Shown: piece after piece, positions 1 through 13,390 of the stretch
Layout of the letters: the number at the start of each line of letters is the position of its first letter
Position numbering within the stretch: position 1 is the stretch's first letter
NCBI GenBank assembly: GCA_002633005.1
Contig: NMRA01000921.1
Span: forward strand, 14,740 to 78,739
From: Phoronis australis
Lineage: Eukaryota; Animalia; Phoronida
Direction: 5' to 3'
Length of the DNA: 64,000 nucleotides
Made by a program: the position numbers and the translations under genes
The notes under the pieces: model-generated
The model's input: the letters and a program-made list of their open reading frames with translations, nothing else
The model's database searches: none
Told to the model about the DNA's origin: nothing

Positions 1-1510
1 GCTAGCGTGTCGAACGTGTAAAATATGATAGAACTCTTCAATAAAGATACAATTTAAATAGGCTTGGCAGTTCTGAAAAGGCCACTGGGAGGTAATCACC
101 CAATTTGAATGATTAAACATGTTCCCTCAATAACATCAAAGAGTTTGCAACAAAAGTTTTCACTGCCTATTGAAATATCCAAACATTGAGTTAGAGTTGG
201 TTTAGCTGTCAGAGAGTGCAGTCCTCTCAGGAGAGCACTTATGAAGTATGGTTTTCGAGTGTGGTGCAGCTCTAACAGAAGTTTAGTATGTATATACTCT
301 GGTTGACAGTGGCTTGATAAACTTTTCTTGCAAATGGTCCTTCTTTTTACAGGTAAGTTTGATTGTAACAGAAAACAAGAGTCAGTAGAAACTGTTGACT
401 ACGCAGTTAATATATGAAGTTGGAACGCCTCTCATCTTCAGTAGTATATCAATTCATAATATTGTTGTTATTGGATCAACTCACATTTTGTGTCAGCTTG
501 AATGAGGATAAGACATTGTGTTTAGAGGTTTGGGCTGCAAAATCAACATGAACTCAATGTTATGACAAATGTTGAATCACTCTTGGTAATTCAAAGATGT
601 TACAAAGTGCGTCTGTTCTTTACTTCATAAACTGTTTTCAAGCAACTGGCCTGACTCAAAAGCTTAGACTTATATGCATATATATAGCAGCTTAAGCACT
701 TCAAATTTGTATGTTGAACCATTTTCTTATTTCTGTGTTAATGTTATTCTAGATGAAATGAAATTTAGTGACAACAGTATGTGGTAAGAGTTGGATAGTT
801 ACATTATCCTTTTAATGATTCTATATCATTATCACATTTTGGATTATTTACATCAACAGTAACAATAAACTGTGACTTAAAGAAGAAATCCCTTTATACA
901 TTTGCTTTCAGTATGGATTCCCATGGTGGATGGTGAGCTGCTATAAACAAGAACATTATGGCTTGTACACGGCCTCAGGCTAAATGTAGGGTCGCTACCA
1001 TGGCAATGACACAGATTACAGGCTAGCGTGTCAAAAGCGCCACGTTTGACACGCTAGGGTGTCAAAAGTGCCACGTTTTTGCCACGTTTTGGCAAGCTAC
1101 ATTCGACACGCTATCGCCACGTTTGACACGCTAGCGTGTCAAAAGTGCCACGTTTTTGCCACGTTTTGGCACGCCACGTTCGACACGCTATCGCCACGTT
1201 TTACACGCTTATCGCCACGTTCGACACGCTAGCGTGTCAAAAGTGCCACGTTTTTGCCACGTTTTGGCACGCCACGTTCGACACGCTATCGCCACGTTTT
1301 ACACGCTTATCGCCACGTTTGACACGCTAAGCGTGTCAAACGTGGAGTATTGGAACGAAAATTACACGTTTTTGACACGTTCTTGACACGTTTGACACGC
1401 TACATTTTACACGTTTGACACGCCACGTTTTACACGTTCGACACGTTTTTAGAGCGTTCCAATACTCCACGTTTTTAGAGCGTGTCAAACGTGTCAAATT
1501 CTCACCCGGG
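1..1510. mobile_element. Non-autonomous TIR DNA transposon, CMC/EnSpm-like, copy 1 (left end outside window)
   Basis: Nearly identical to 44484-45806. Ends in ...GTGTCAAATTCTCACCCGGG (1510), with subterminal arrays of GCCACGTTT/GACACGCT motifs. Inserted into Gypsy pol sequence. Confidence 0.85.
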
Positions 1511-2496
1511 ATGTTCCACACGCTCCACAACACCACTTTGTTCCATGCGACTGAGCTCGGCCTCCACCAACTCCTGAATTAAATATGGAACGGGACGAGC
1601 TTTTTGAAATGTGGCTTTTGCATTAGGTTTAAGGTTGATAAACGCAATGAAGTCTCGGATTCCCTCACCATTATCAATAAACAGGTTTTTGTACTTTGCG
1701 ATAAGAAGATCAATATTTTGCGGTTCACAAGTCATAACTTGAAGAGGGAATTCCAGTTAACTCGATCCCAATTCTGATCGTTTCCAATTCCTACCAAAAA
1801 GCGAAGGGCGGTTTACCTTAACCACAACGAGAGGTGAATTTTCTCGAGGGCTGCTTTTTAAATGTGACTGGCACCTCAATAACACCAAGCAAGGGCACGG
1901 GTGCTTGGTCATACCCGAAAAGAGTAACATTTGGAGGCTCCAGATGAAACTGCGAAAAACTCGCCTTGTAAAGGTCTTCACCAATGGTGGTACGTGCAGC
2001 ACCAGAGTCTATATTTCCATAGAAATGACATGGCCAGCAACATTTACAGCTACATAAACTGGAGGCTCTTCACCAGCCCCACAGTAATACAAATGCAAAT
2101 TATCAGGCCCACCAAGCCTCACGTTATTGAGAGTTCCCGAATCAGTTAAATATGCTGTGACTTACACATAGGTTTAATATGTCCAACTTCCCCACATTTA
2201 TAACATGTGGCACCTTTATGTCGACAAGTATGTTTGTTCTGTTTACCTCCACAGCGAAAACAAGAACCACTATAGGCTTACTAACGCCAGATGGGGTAGT
2301 AGTCACTTTCTAGTGGCTGGGACCACGGCCGTCGGACTTAGCAGATGCTGGGCCACTCACCGCGGCAGAAAGCCCCCGCTTGAAACTTGTGTGCATCTTT
2401 AACAGAACACTCCGCCACACGAGCCATTTGCACAGCTTGATCCAGAGTCAGTTTGTCAACTTTTAACAGTTTAGTTAATGTCCCTTCATCCCGAGG
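1511..2496 (-). pseudogene. Degenerate Gypsy/Ty3 gag C-terminus, protease and start of pol
   Basis: Minus-strand peptides: RDEGTLTKLLKVDKLTLDQAVQMA, zinc knuckle CYKCGEVGHIKPMC (~2165-2210), frameshifted protease motif E-I-DSGAA (~1995-2020), SLFGRNW, and pre-RT segment F-KARPVPY...VEAELSRMEQSGVVERV. Contains frameshifts. Confidence 0.85.
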
Positions 2497-4114
2497 CCCA
2501 TACCAAAAGACAATGTTTGCCGCAAGCTTGCAGCAAACATGCCGCAAGCTTGCGGCAAACAATTTTGTTTGCAGCAAACCAGCCGCAAAGTTTGCAGGAG
2601 TTTGCCGCTACCCGCAACTCAGTCGCACACATTGCCACAACCTTGCTGCAAACACTGAAGTTTGCAGGAATGTTGCGGCAAACTTGGTGATTGAAAAAGT
2701 ATTTGCGGGAAAGTTGCAGGAAACTTTATTGTTGAAAAGTGGTTTGCGGGAAAGTTGCGGGAAACTTTATTGGTGAAAAAATGTTTGCGGGAAAGTTGCA
2801 GGAAACTTTGTTGATGAAAAAGTGTTTGCGGGAAAGTTGCAGGAAACTTTATTGGTGAAAAAGTGTTTGCGAGAAAGTTGCAGGAAACTTTATTGGTGAA
2901 AAAGTGTTTGCGGGAAAGTTGCAGGAAACTTTATNNNNNNNNNNNNNNNNNNNNNNNNNNNNNNNNNNNNNNNNNNNNNNNNNNNNNNNNNNNNNNNNNN
3001 NNNNNNNNNNNNNNNNNNNNNNNNNNNNNNNNNNNNNNNNNNNNNNNNNNNNNNNNNNNNNNNNNNNNNNNNNNNNNNNNNNNNNNNNNNNNNNNNNNNN
3101 NNNNNNNNNNNNNNNNNNNNNNNNNNNNNNNNNNNNNNNNNNNNNNNNNNNNNNNNNNNNNNNNNNNNNNNNNNNNNNNNNNNNNNNNNNNNNNNNNNNN
3201 NNNNNNNNNNNNNNNNNNNNNNNNNNNNNNNNNNNNNNNNNNNNNNNNNNNNNNNNNNNNNNNNNNNNNNNNNNNNNNNNNNNNNNNNNNNNNNNNNNNN
3301 NNNNNNNNNNNNNNNNNNNNNNNNNNNNNNNNNNNNNNNNNNNNNNNNNNNNNNNNNNNNNNNNNNNNNNNNNNNNNNNNNNNNNNNNNNNNNNNNNNNN
3401 NNNNNNNNNNNNNNNNNNNNNNNNNNNNNNNNNNNNNNNNNNNNNNNNNNNNNNNNNNNNNNNNNNNNNNNNNNNNNNNNNNNNNNNNNNNNNNNNNNNN
3501 NNNNNNNNNNNNNNNNNNNNNNNNNNNNNNNNNNNNNNNNNNNNNNNNNNNNNNNNNNNNNNNNNNNNNNNNNNNNNNNNNNNNNNNNNNNNNNNNNNNN
3601 NNNNNNNNNNNNNNNNNNNNNNNNNNNNNNNNNNNNNNNNNNNNNNNNNNNNNNNNNNNNNNNNNNNNNNNNNNNNNNNNNNNNNNNNNNNNNNNNNNNN
3701 NNNNNNNNNNNNNNNNNNNNNNNNNNNNNNNNNNNNNNNNNNNNNNNNNNNNNNNNNNNNNNNNNNNNNNNNNNNNNNNNNNNNNNNNNNNNNNNNNNNT
3801 TGAATTCATGAAGTGGGAGACGATAGGATAGACGAAACAGAATCGACTAAACAACATTGAATTCAGTAAACAGGATAGAATATACAAAACAGCATTGAGT
3901 TCACGATATAGAATCGACGAATGTGGATTGGATTGATGTAATAGCATTGAATACACAAGATAGGATTGAATTGTCATACAGTTGGCATTGAGTTCATTAA
4001 ATGGAATTGAATATACATTTTAATGTTTTTTGCATAAACGGCCGCCCATACTTGCCGCAACCTTGCGGCAAGCTTGCGGCAAGTGTTTGCAGGAAGGCTT
4101 CTTTTTCGTATGGG
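2497..4114. mobile_element. Non-autonomous CMC/EnSpm-like TIR element spanning an assembly gap
   Basis: Termini CCCATACCAAAAGA ... TCTTTTTCGTATGGG, with a 2-bp TSD (GG) on both sides. Subterminal GCCGCAAGCTTGCGGC repeats. Removing the element plus one GG restores the gag frame (QLVFG-P-RDEG). Confidence 0.8.
2690..2934. repeat. 41-bp minisatellite inside the TIR element, running into the gap
   Basis: Unit AAAAGTGTTTGCGGGAAAGTTGCAGGAAACTTTATTGGTGA repeated about 6 times. Confidence 0.9.
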
Positions 4115-4517
4115 GGGCCAAACACTAACTGGTCACAAAGTGCCATGTTGAGATGATCCCCATAGCCACAAAGCAATGACAACCGCCGCAGATCGGTAAT
4201 GAACTCTGTGACACTCTCATGCTCCTTCTGAACCCGCCTGGTAAAACAAAAACGTTCTGAGATTTCCAAAGGCTTAGGTTCGTAATGCTCCTCTAACAAC
4301 TTCACGATGTGCGAGTATGCTTTGTCCTTGGAAAGATCGGGCTTCGTCAGACTGCGTAAAATACCATAGGCCTCCTGCCCAATGACTGTAAGGATGGCAG
4401 ACACCCGTTTATCACCTGCAATGTCATTCAACTGAAAATACTGCTCGGCTCTCACCACATAAGTACTCCAGAGTTCAGCCGAAGCATCAAATATTGCAGG
4501 TTCCCCAGATGTGCCAT
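4115..4517 (-). pseudogene. Gypsy gag N-terminus (frameshifted near the start)
   Basis: ATG at 4517 directly after the PBS. Peptide W-TYVVRAEQYF...LLEEHYEPKPLEISERFCFTRRVQKEHESVTEFITDLRRLSLLCGYG...DQLVFG is typical Gypsy gag. Confidence 0.85.
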
Positions 4518-4671
4518 CCTCGTCGCCAATTTGTAGTGTAATACTGATAATTGCTAAGAAAAGAGTATATTTCTACTTAACTCAAAACACGTGATCCCGG
4601 AAGCTCCGCTAAAAGAGACTTCTCGTGGTGATCTCACAAACTAGTGAGCAGGGTATACCACACTCACCACA
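4518..4671 (-). mobile_element. Gypsy PBS (TGGCGACGAGG) and putative short 5' LTR (~4532-4671)
   Basis: Minus strand reads TGTGGTGAG...TACACTACA-AAT-TGGCGACGAGG-ATG. The outer LTR boundary is inferred from TG..CA and from where a different repeat resumes. Confidence 0.6.
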
Positions 4672-4673
4672 CC

Positions 4674-4905
4674 ACTCAACAATTTACCTGAAGTCCTCCT
4701 TAAGTTTTCAAAATAGCGTCTGTAAGATTTTTAAGTTCCTGTGCAGTCGGGATTAACTGCATATTAAGTCCAAATCTGCGCTAGATCGTACTCCGCAACA
4801 TGAGAAAAATCCCTGTACGAACACACATCTTGTTGTCACGTGATGTTTGTTTTTTGAAGTTCGTCTGCGTATTGTGTGAGAGAGCGAGCATGTGCGTGTC
4901 ATCAG
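4674..4905. repeat. Dispersed repeat, homologous to 8581-8795
   Basis: Shared ACTCAACAA-TTACCTGAA...ATTAAGTCCAAAT-TGCGCTA-ATCGTACTCC...TTGTTGTCACGTGA...TCGTCTGCGTAT sequence. Confidence 0.75.
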
Positions 4906-5252
4906 AGTTCAGTCATTTGCCATAGTAAACGCGATATAACGATCTAGGTGTGTATTGTGGCAAGCAGTGAAGCAGAACGTGTTTTATTTAGCACTTGCTG
5001 ATCTCACCTGCTAAAAAATGTTTGAGAATTCTCGGTAAGGCCGATGCATGTCATTGAGTCACCGGGTGACTGGATTCGTGACAGTGTAACAGTTATTTTT
5101 CAGGATATTCCCCTTAAAGTAACGCAAAGGTTTTTGCAGTATTAGCAACTTTCAGAATTAAGTGGCAGTATTTATTTCTTGCCCTTGCTATGCTACCCGT
5201 TTCATGAATAGATAGTTCCCGAAGACTAATCCTCGTTGACACATTCTTAACA

Positions 5253-5839
5253 CAGTGCTCTCCACGACTGGTTCTGACTCAACATGGCAACGATTTTAAG
5301 GTCGGGTTTGGAGAATCAAAAATGAGGTCGGGGTGAATTGGCCAACATCAGCTTTAGTTCCTAATACATATATGACATAATTTTGTAACGATAGAGAGTA
5401 AATTATTGCTAAAAAATCTGAAGAAATCCTATTTCTAACATAATTTTATGGTGTCAGCTACATTATTTTAATAATTGACTAGCCAGCAATATTATTTTAA
5501 CTTTAAAATTTTGCACATAAACCAATAAATTAACAATTTGATATGCTTAATTTAAAGGATTTTGATTTTGAGTGACATCTGGTGGCGAATTAGACCTTAT
5601 TCAACTGGACAACAGGTGTCACTAAAAACTAGGTCACACCGTTAGTAATATTTAATAAGTAGAATTGGACTTATGGTGAAAACTTGGTAGGAAAATCAAA
5701 AAGTAGGCCACACCAGTTCAGTGTACACTTTTAAAACGTATAATTATAATATACACAGTGACCATGTTGTTGGGCCGGGGGAAAGAACACTGTTTAGGCC
5801 TACTACTCACAAAAAAAATTTTTGTTGTGGAGAACACTG
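5253..5839. mobile_element. MITE-like element with CAG...CTG terminal inverted repeats
   Basis: CAGTGCTCTCCAC at 5253 and GTGGAGAACACTG ending at 5839. No TSD seen. Confidence 0.5.
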
Positions 5840-6573
5840 ATAGTACGCGCCTTCCTAGCTAGGTGCTTTTAACTGAACAAAGGTCAAGTTTTTAGTAGTC
5901 TTCGATTCTTCCCTAGCAAGATCAGTAAAACTTGCATTCTTTTTGAAGGACGGAAGTTTGAAGTGTATAGCCGTGGCTAAATACCGACAGAGCGCCGAGG
6001 CTCGAGGTCGACAAATTATGCGCGCAATGATTTTTTCAGGACTGTCGGATCTTATTGACAGATTGAAGACGTTACTGTAGAATTATAGAACAGTAGATAA
6101 GGTATTTTTCGCATGTACACGGTGTTCATGGACTGGGCGCTTATTTTAGCTGAAAATGCGTGGGGGGGGTGATTATAGGAGCATGGGCACTTACTAGGGC
6201 GAATACGGTATATTATAATGGTTCACACTGAACTTCTTTAAACATGGGATTAAACTACATCCATTAGTTTAGAGCAGTGTCCATTTTGTTAAAAACATCA
6301 ATAATAGACAATTCTTCATTTATTTAGCACACAATGCAGCGACAAGTAAAACTTCATTATGTCAAATTTTGCATAAAAGATAACAAGAACATTTTAGTCA
6401 GTTGTCAATTCGCTCGTTCTGTGTAAAAGTCATACATAACATTTTGTTAGGGTTCCCCTATTTGTAGTTACTTATAATGAGCGTTTAAAAATGAGAAACT
6501 ATAATATTGGCAATTATTGTGGTTCAAAGCAATAGAAGATATATAATAGTTATGCCACAAAAATGTTACTTAC

Positions 6574-6942
6574 AGTCCACAACAAGCTGGCTTTTTGAAG
6601 ATTTAACTTTGCCGCCAGTAGCGCCCACTGCCACAGTGTACTGGCCTTCATCATCGGGTGTAACTTGTGACAAAGTGATGGTGAAGTTAGTTTTTCCATG
6701 CGAGTAGTCTGTAGAGCCACGAGATTTAAAGTCACTATGAAATACTCCATCAACATTAATTGTAGAGGGTGGCATAAAGTAAGGGGCTTCAAACAAATAA
6801 CTGCCATCCCATTTCTTCAACACAACTTTGGTAAAGGTTTCACCACTCCCCATTGCATAACTTATCTTGAATTCAGCATTTCCACCATTGACACCAGTGA
6901 CTGTAGGAGTTGAAGTCACACTAAGGGCTGAAACAACAACAC
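6574..6942 (-). CDS. Ig-superfamily gene A: N-terminal V-type Ig exon lacking the canonical cysteines (includes the end of a signal peptide)
   Basis: Strong acceptor (ttttgcttttttcctttttcag) and donor (gtaagt); 369 nt, phase 1/1, open. Translates VVVSA|LSVTSTPTVTGVNGGNAEFKISY...FKSRG...FTITLSQVTPDDEGQYTVAV...SQLVVD, with V-set hallmarks (F-x-x-R, F-T-I-T-L-x-x-V, D-x-G-x-Y). Confidence 0.85.
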
Positions 6943-7149
6943 CTGAAAAAGGAAAAAAGCAAAAACTTACACATTTAACTATACAAAGTATGACTTGCCA
7001 GTCCATTGACCCCTGGCTACTGTGTCTCAACTGCAGGACAACAAAAGATTTGACACAAAACTGTCACTTTTGTTAGTTTTGTAAAAAGATTTAACTACTG
7101 TGTTGTTGTCGGCCATTACATGAGTTTTGGTTCAAAGCTGAGCACTTCT

Positions 7150-7648
7150 TTTTAGAGACAATGATATCTAGAAATTGACTTTTCACATTGCAAAATTTTT
7201 AGACAGGCTGGTTTTTGTGATCGCCGCAAATTCAAATATAGTTTCTGAAACTAGAAAAATTAGCCACTCAGATGAAATGGGCACCATTAAGGTTATCTCC
7301 AACCTTATTTAGTGGCCTCTATTCTAACTCGTATATCAAAAAAACTAAGCTTTGTCAGCTNAGTTATATAACATGTTGCACTGTAAAGGTGGGTGACAAT
7401 CTGCCACAGATGCAGCAGAAGGATGCATCCGCCCACCCTTTAGAGACAATGATATCTAGAAATTGACTTTTCACATTGCAAAATTTTTAGACAGGCTGGT
7501 TTTTGTGATCGCCGCAAATTCAAATATAGTTTCTGAAACTAGAAAAATTAGCCACTCAGATGAAATGGGCACTATTAAGGTTATCTCCAACCTTATTTAG
7601 TGGCCTCTATTCTAACTCGTATATCAAAAAAACTAAGCTTTGTCAGCT
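7150..7648. repeat. ~210-bp direct duplication across a single n (7361), probably an assembly overlap artefact
   Basis: 7150-7360 is nearly identical to ~7438-7648, and the first copy ends exactly at the n. Confidence 0.75.
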
Positions 7649-9104
7649 AGTAAAAGTACATATTTTCTGAAAGAAAAAAGATTAGGGAATATGAAAATAC
7701 TTTTTGAATTAATGTACCATTATCCTTTTTACACAAAAAACCTATTGCCCAAGCCAAGAAAAAGCCGAATAAACTGGGACAAATGAAAATTTCACAGTCT
7801 CCGGTTAATTATTCGGTGAAAACTTGTTTTTGGTACACATATTCTATACAAGACTTAAATATGTTCGCTATTTCAACATTCACTCGCAATGTCAACTGAT
7901 TTTGCAGTGCGTAATTAACTTCATTATCATTAAAACGTATAGTTACCAGCAAACTCTTACTGTTGTTTGCGACCTTTTGGCCTACCTTTATGTAAATAGG
8001 TCACAGTCATGTCCTGAACACATCCACTAAAACAAGAAACTGTAGGAACACTGCATTTATCCAACTTCACTCTTATCAGGCTTCTATTGTGAGTCAGCAT
8101 GTGTGAATAATTGGCTGATAAGCCACCTCTTGGAACTACTTTTGGCTGAATGGATGACCAGGCAATAAAATGATAATTAGCCAAGACCAGTTACTATAAT
8201 GCAACAAAGAATAATGTCTTGCATCACCTAGCCTTGGTGGAAAATGGTATACTGTATTGGCTCAAACAAACGCTTAGAAAAATTCATTTCACGGGGAGGG
8301 GACGCTTATTGTAGTGAGCCTACGGCAGTTGAATCCCGGTTTCCCAAACGGGTAAAATCGGAAGCTAGGATTCACCAAATTTACGCTTTGTGACGTATTT
8401 GTAGCCTATGACAGCCTTTCTAAAAAATTGTGGTGCATTGCTATCAACTTCCATTGTTAAATTACGATAATTTTTCAAAAAATTGGGCTCATCACAGGGC
8501 GAAAACTTGTCGACTGATGCGTCGCTGAATTGCGATCGTCAATAGGAAAACTTGTACTCTTGAATAAAAATATAGTTTCGACTCAACAAATTACCTGAAA
8601 TCTTCCTGATGTTTTACAATTTTTAAAGTTCCTGTGGAGTCCAGATTAATTGCGATTAAGTCCAAATGTGCGCTACATCGTACTCCACAACACGAGAAAA
8701 ATCTCTGGATGAACACACATGTTGTTGTCACGTGACGTTTGTTTTGAAGGTCGTCTGCGTATGAGAGTGAGTGAGCGTGCGTGTGCGGGTCATCGACGAT
8801 AGACTTTTTTGTTACAAAAGGCGGAGGATTATGCAAGTAAATGGCGTTTACTAGATTGTTTTTCACTTGAACGGCTGTAACGTGCAAGGTGAGTGCTGGT
8901 TAACTCACAGATTTTGTGTGCACAGGCCGACTGTCGTTAGTTCTGCCGTGGAGTATTAATAGTCCAAGGCTCGATCTACATGTTGGGGACGAAATGAACT
9001 ACCCGGGCTGTGTGAAATTTCTGGGTCTAACGGAGACACTGACGCAGTGCAGGTCAGTCAGATCGCTGTATCAAGACTATAGTCAAAATCCAAATTCGTT
9101 TTAT

Positions 9105-11240
9105 CCCATACGAAAAAGTACACTGGACTTTCAGTTGGGACAGGAATTGAAACTCAATTGAGGTTCAATTGAGATTCAATTGAAATTCAATTGAAGTTTT
9201 TCTTATGTAAATGAATTGATTCAATTCATTAGCATATTCAATAGCCATTCAATAGGAATTCAATAGCTGTTCAATAGCCATTCAATTTTCCATGCAGTAC
9301 AGGATCATCCCATATTCAATAACCATTCAATAGCCGTTCAATAGCCATTCAATAGCCGTTCAATAGCCATTCAATAGCCGTTCAATGGCCATTCAATTTT
9401 TCTAACTATACAGAATAATTTGAATTTCAAGTATTTTCCATAATAAATTAACTCTTTCAAAAATATGATGTATTGTTGTTAACCTGTTCATGAGATAAGA
9501 ATAGTTCACAATCTTCATTCAACAACCTGGCATGCATGAATACACTCAAATCATAGACAACTGAACATTTTGAAATCTTAAATCGAAACTTGCACAAGTA
9601 TTACAATTATCATACAGCATCAGTCAAAGAAAAACTAAAACAGAGCCTTAGGCATTTGAAAAGTAGCAGCCTTTGTAAACATTTTGAAGAATCTAATGCT
9701 GACTAATTGTAGATTGTTTTTTCAACATTTGTATGTTGAGACTATACATGAAATAATCATATGACACTATGAACTTAGTTGAACACATCCATACGTTGAA
9801 GGGTAAATGAGTATTTTATATCCAGTTAGCTAAATAAATGTAGGCGATAAGATAAAAAATACTAATTTCAGGCATACAAAGCTATAGCAGCAAAATATTA
9901 GTTGTCTGAAAAGCACGGTCCACATGTGATACCAGATCTTTAAATGTCGGCATTGTACAGCCTTTCATGGTCTCTGCAGAACTCTGGAGTCCGCACTTTT
10001 CACAGCACTGAGACTTGATATAATCCATTAATTTGAGTTATCTGTCCACAACAGGAACTGATGATCGGCACAGTGATGGTAGGTCATTGGACATTAGCTC
10101 CCAAGAGTTATAGTCTTTTCACTTCATCATGCATATTTTCAAAGTCTTCTTCTGTACTAAAAAAGTTGAAAAATATCCAGTTAGAGGGTATCAAATAAAG
10201 TATTAAGTAAATTTGAATTTTGTATTGAGGAAATACATGAATGCTTTCTTATTTGATTAGCCATAGTTTTTAGAAAATTTAATATGCTTTTGACTAAGAG
10301 CATTAATAAGGGGGTTATTTGCTACACTAATGGAAACTCATAGCTGAAGTTTGATTTTTAGTCCTATGAGCAGAACAGTTAATTAAACCATACTGCAGAG
10401 ACACTATGGGTAGATGACTGGTGGCAATGGCAAACCTCTAATATCCAATACATCAGTGCATATTAAGCTCAATTATTTAGTTTCAGTTCATGTAACCAAA
10501 ATAAAAATTTACTTTTCTCTCATTGCTCTGATGTGAGAATTTTAACACAGAATCATAAAAACGTGTTTCTAAGTCTCAAATAAAAGTAAATAAAGTATGT
10601 TAGGTCGAAACACGATTAACTGACACTTGTCTTGGCAACTACATGCACATGCAGGTTTTAGTCTGTAACCCAACTCATTTTGAAATCTGTGCTCTACTAC
10701 TTAACTTCCATAACCTTAATCAATTGAATCAGTTAAAAAAACTTCCATTTTGTTTGCAAGACTAAAGCTACTCATTCATATGTGAAACATAAATGTCACT
10801 TAACAATCAAATTGACAAAAATACAATGTTGAAATCAAAAACTCACCATTTAATGTATGCAGTTCTTCACTATCCATGCAGAGTCTATGCTGTACCAAAA
10901 CCGTTTGAAAGGGTTTGAAAATCTTAAAGGTCACTTTCCAGGAATGTAACCTTGACAACCAATTGGTAACACATGTTTAAAATAAACATTGCTGGTAACT
11001 TGCTAAATCAAACCATCCAGAAATTCAATAGCCATTCAATTCCACGACATCCTGAAATTTTCTAAGTCCTCATATTCAATAACTATTCAATTCCGAACAG
11101 CCAAAATTTTTCTAAGTCCTGGAATTCAATAGCCATTCAATACAGAACAGCTAAAAATTTTTTTAAGTGCAGAAATTCAATAGCCGTTCAATAGCCATTC
11201 AATTGACGGCAAGGGAAGTGCCAATTGAATGACAATGAAT
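9105..11240. mobile_element. CMC/EnSpm-like element fragment with ATTCAATAGCC subterminal arrays
   Basis: Begins CCCATACGAAAAAG, the same terminus as the 2497-4114 element. ATTCAATAGCC repeats at ~9230-9400 and ~11020-11200. No matching second terminus found, so the right boundary is approximate. Confidence 0.55.
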
Positions 11241-13390
11241 GAACACAATGAAATTAACAACGTCGTTTTACAGCTTGTAAGATTCATAATAAACGTATTT
11301 TGAATATTGCAATGCATGTGTTCCAAAATCTAAATAACTTGGGTCCTATTGTTGTACTCATATTTGTTTTCGCTCCTCTTTTCAAATATTACAGTAAGAA
11401 CTACGTAAAACTCTCTCTGCTAGCTAGATTGTAATCAGCTGATCATATCCGCATGAGCGAAGCCAATTATCCTCGCTGGTGACTCGATGACTAGAGCAGC
11501 TTGGCGGCATCCCTTTGATCGTGAACCGAGCGCGACTCAGCCAAGGTGGATAAATACGGTCTAGTTCAATTTTCCATACCCCACCGTTGACCTTAACCAC
11601 TGGGGTTAGAACCAATCTTATTTAGTGGGAATGTTCATAGCATGAGTTCTGTTGCCCACAGATTAGTCAATCACAATTAAATTTACAAAATTGATGAGTA
11701 TATAGCCGGCCTGTGCCGTCCTGTAATCTTATTAGAGCCGTAGTGCGCACACAACCAGTAACAATAACTTGGATTTCAACTATTCTCACGCGATGACACT
11801 TTAGAAATGCGCGCGTGTGGGCGCATAAGCTTCACGTGTTGCAGAGTTCACAGCAGACATCAAATTTATGGTACGATACTAGCTGTCAAGTTCCGAGTCA
11901 AAGACCAGTTTTAAAATTAATGATGAAATAAAGGTTTGAAAATCAAATTCAGGTGTTTTTTTTGTTTTTGGGATGTTTATGTTGAAGACTAATTAGATTA
12001 GATTAGACACCCTGACTCATTATCAACGTATGGTTCTGCGGCTATCTGTTTTATCTCGACCGCCCGGCGTTGCCCACTTCCAATTGCGTGAAACATGCCA
12101 CGCAAAGAAGATGAGACTCGGGGGTAAGCGGGCATGAGCCAGTCGTCAATCAAAATTTACCGCAAAGGCATTACTCAAAAACAAGTATTTGCTTAAGATT
12201 TTATATTCAAATTACTAAGACTATGCAGGGGTCGACGCTATTCAAATCGCCAGGTCACATTTTGCGACCTAGCCAAAATCCCAGGTCGCATTTTCAAAAT
12301 CCAGTTCGCATTCATAAATGCCAGGTCGTAAAAATTTCCCGCCATTTTTACGCTTCAAATTTGATTTTTTAGATCACCGAGAAAATGTTTAGATTATGCT
12401 CTTACCTGCAGCGTTAAATACTGAAAAATTTCATATCGCAAAACTGAGTTCGTTAATGCAGGTACGGTATTACTGTTCTTCACGACCGCCATTGAAAGGC
12501 CCTAAAGCGCAAGGCAAGTTGCCGACGTGAAAGTTGAATCAGTGCTCCCTAACTGAACGTGCATTCGAGTAGCTACGTTTGCGATGTGAAAAGGGAGAAA
12601 ATGCCCGTTGAAAAAATATCCGTGATTTTGCTAGGTCTGACCTGCTACTGGCTGTCATCAAACTCGTTAAAGATCCAAACTAACTCGGAGGGCCCTCCAC
12701 TTTTTATTAGTAACCCAAATTTTGAAACTTAACTCGACGTTCGAAAAACATCTGACAAAAAAAAATGTGAAACGGTGCCCTAACCGAATGATGTATTTGG
12801 ATGCGCGGGAACAATTCAGTGCAAATTTCATAACAAAAATGTTGTATTTATGCTGTTTACGTACTCAACAATTCGTTTTCTATGAAATGAATAGCCTCGA
12901 AATAATTCCCGACTGCGTGAGGGATTCCATCGCGTAATTCGAGTTTGCTCCTCAATACCTTCCAAGTACGGGGAAAATAGGTCAGTCACAAAACAACACG
13001 CATGTCACTAGTGTTAAGTTTCTTTCGCAGTTATGAAACAAAGCCGGGATTTGGTTTATACATATTGAGAAAAATGTTTTTGAACACTGAATTTGTTGTG
13101 TAAAATGAGAGTGACACACTATATAGGCTGCGTGTCAATTTTAAACCACGAGTGGTCATTTGTATAGTGCGCTATGATGGGCGCTAGCCTGAACCGTGGG
13201 CGCTTAATGGGAAATTCTCAAAGGTTGAAGGGGAACGCTTAGTAAATCAGTGACCACTTATTACAAAACACTTCAAAGGTAGGGAGTAGGCTTGTGCGTG
13301 AGCATTGTCGTCAGTGTTTGCGTTAATAAGATATTAAACGACTGCAATGTAAATATAGATTATTACATGGCGAAGTCGTTATCCCCCGTT

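Noticed and set aside
1030-1500. Short repeated motifs resembling a CRISPR array or a repetitive protein ORF
   Set aside because: No unique spacers, and the context is eukaryotic. These are subterminal repeats of the TIR element, also present at 44182-45806.
2863-3977. Long ORFs of 299-348 aa in the ORF track
   Set aside because: They consist almost entirely of N-gap translation.
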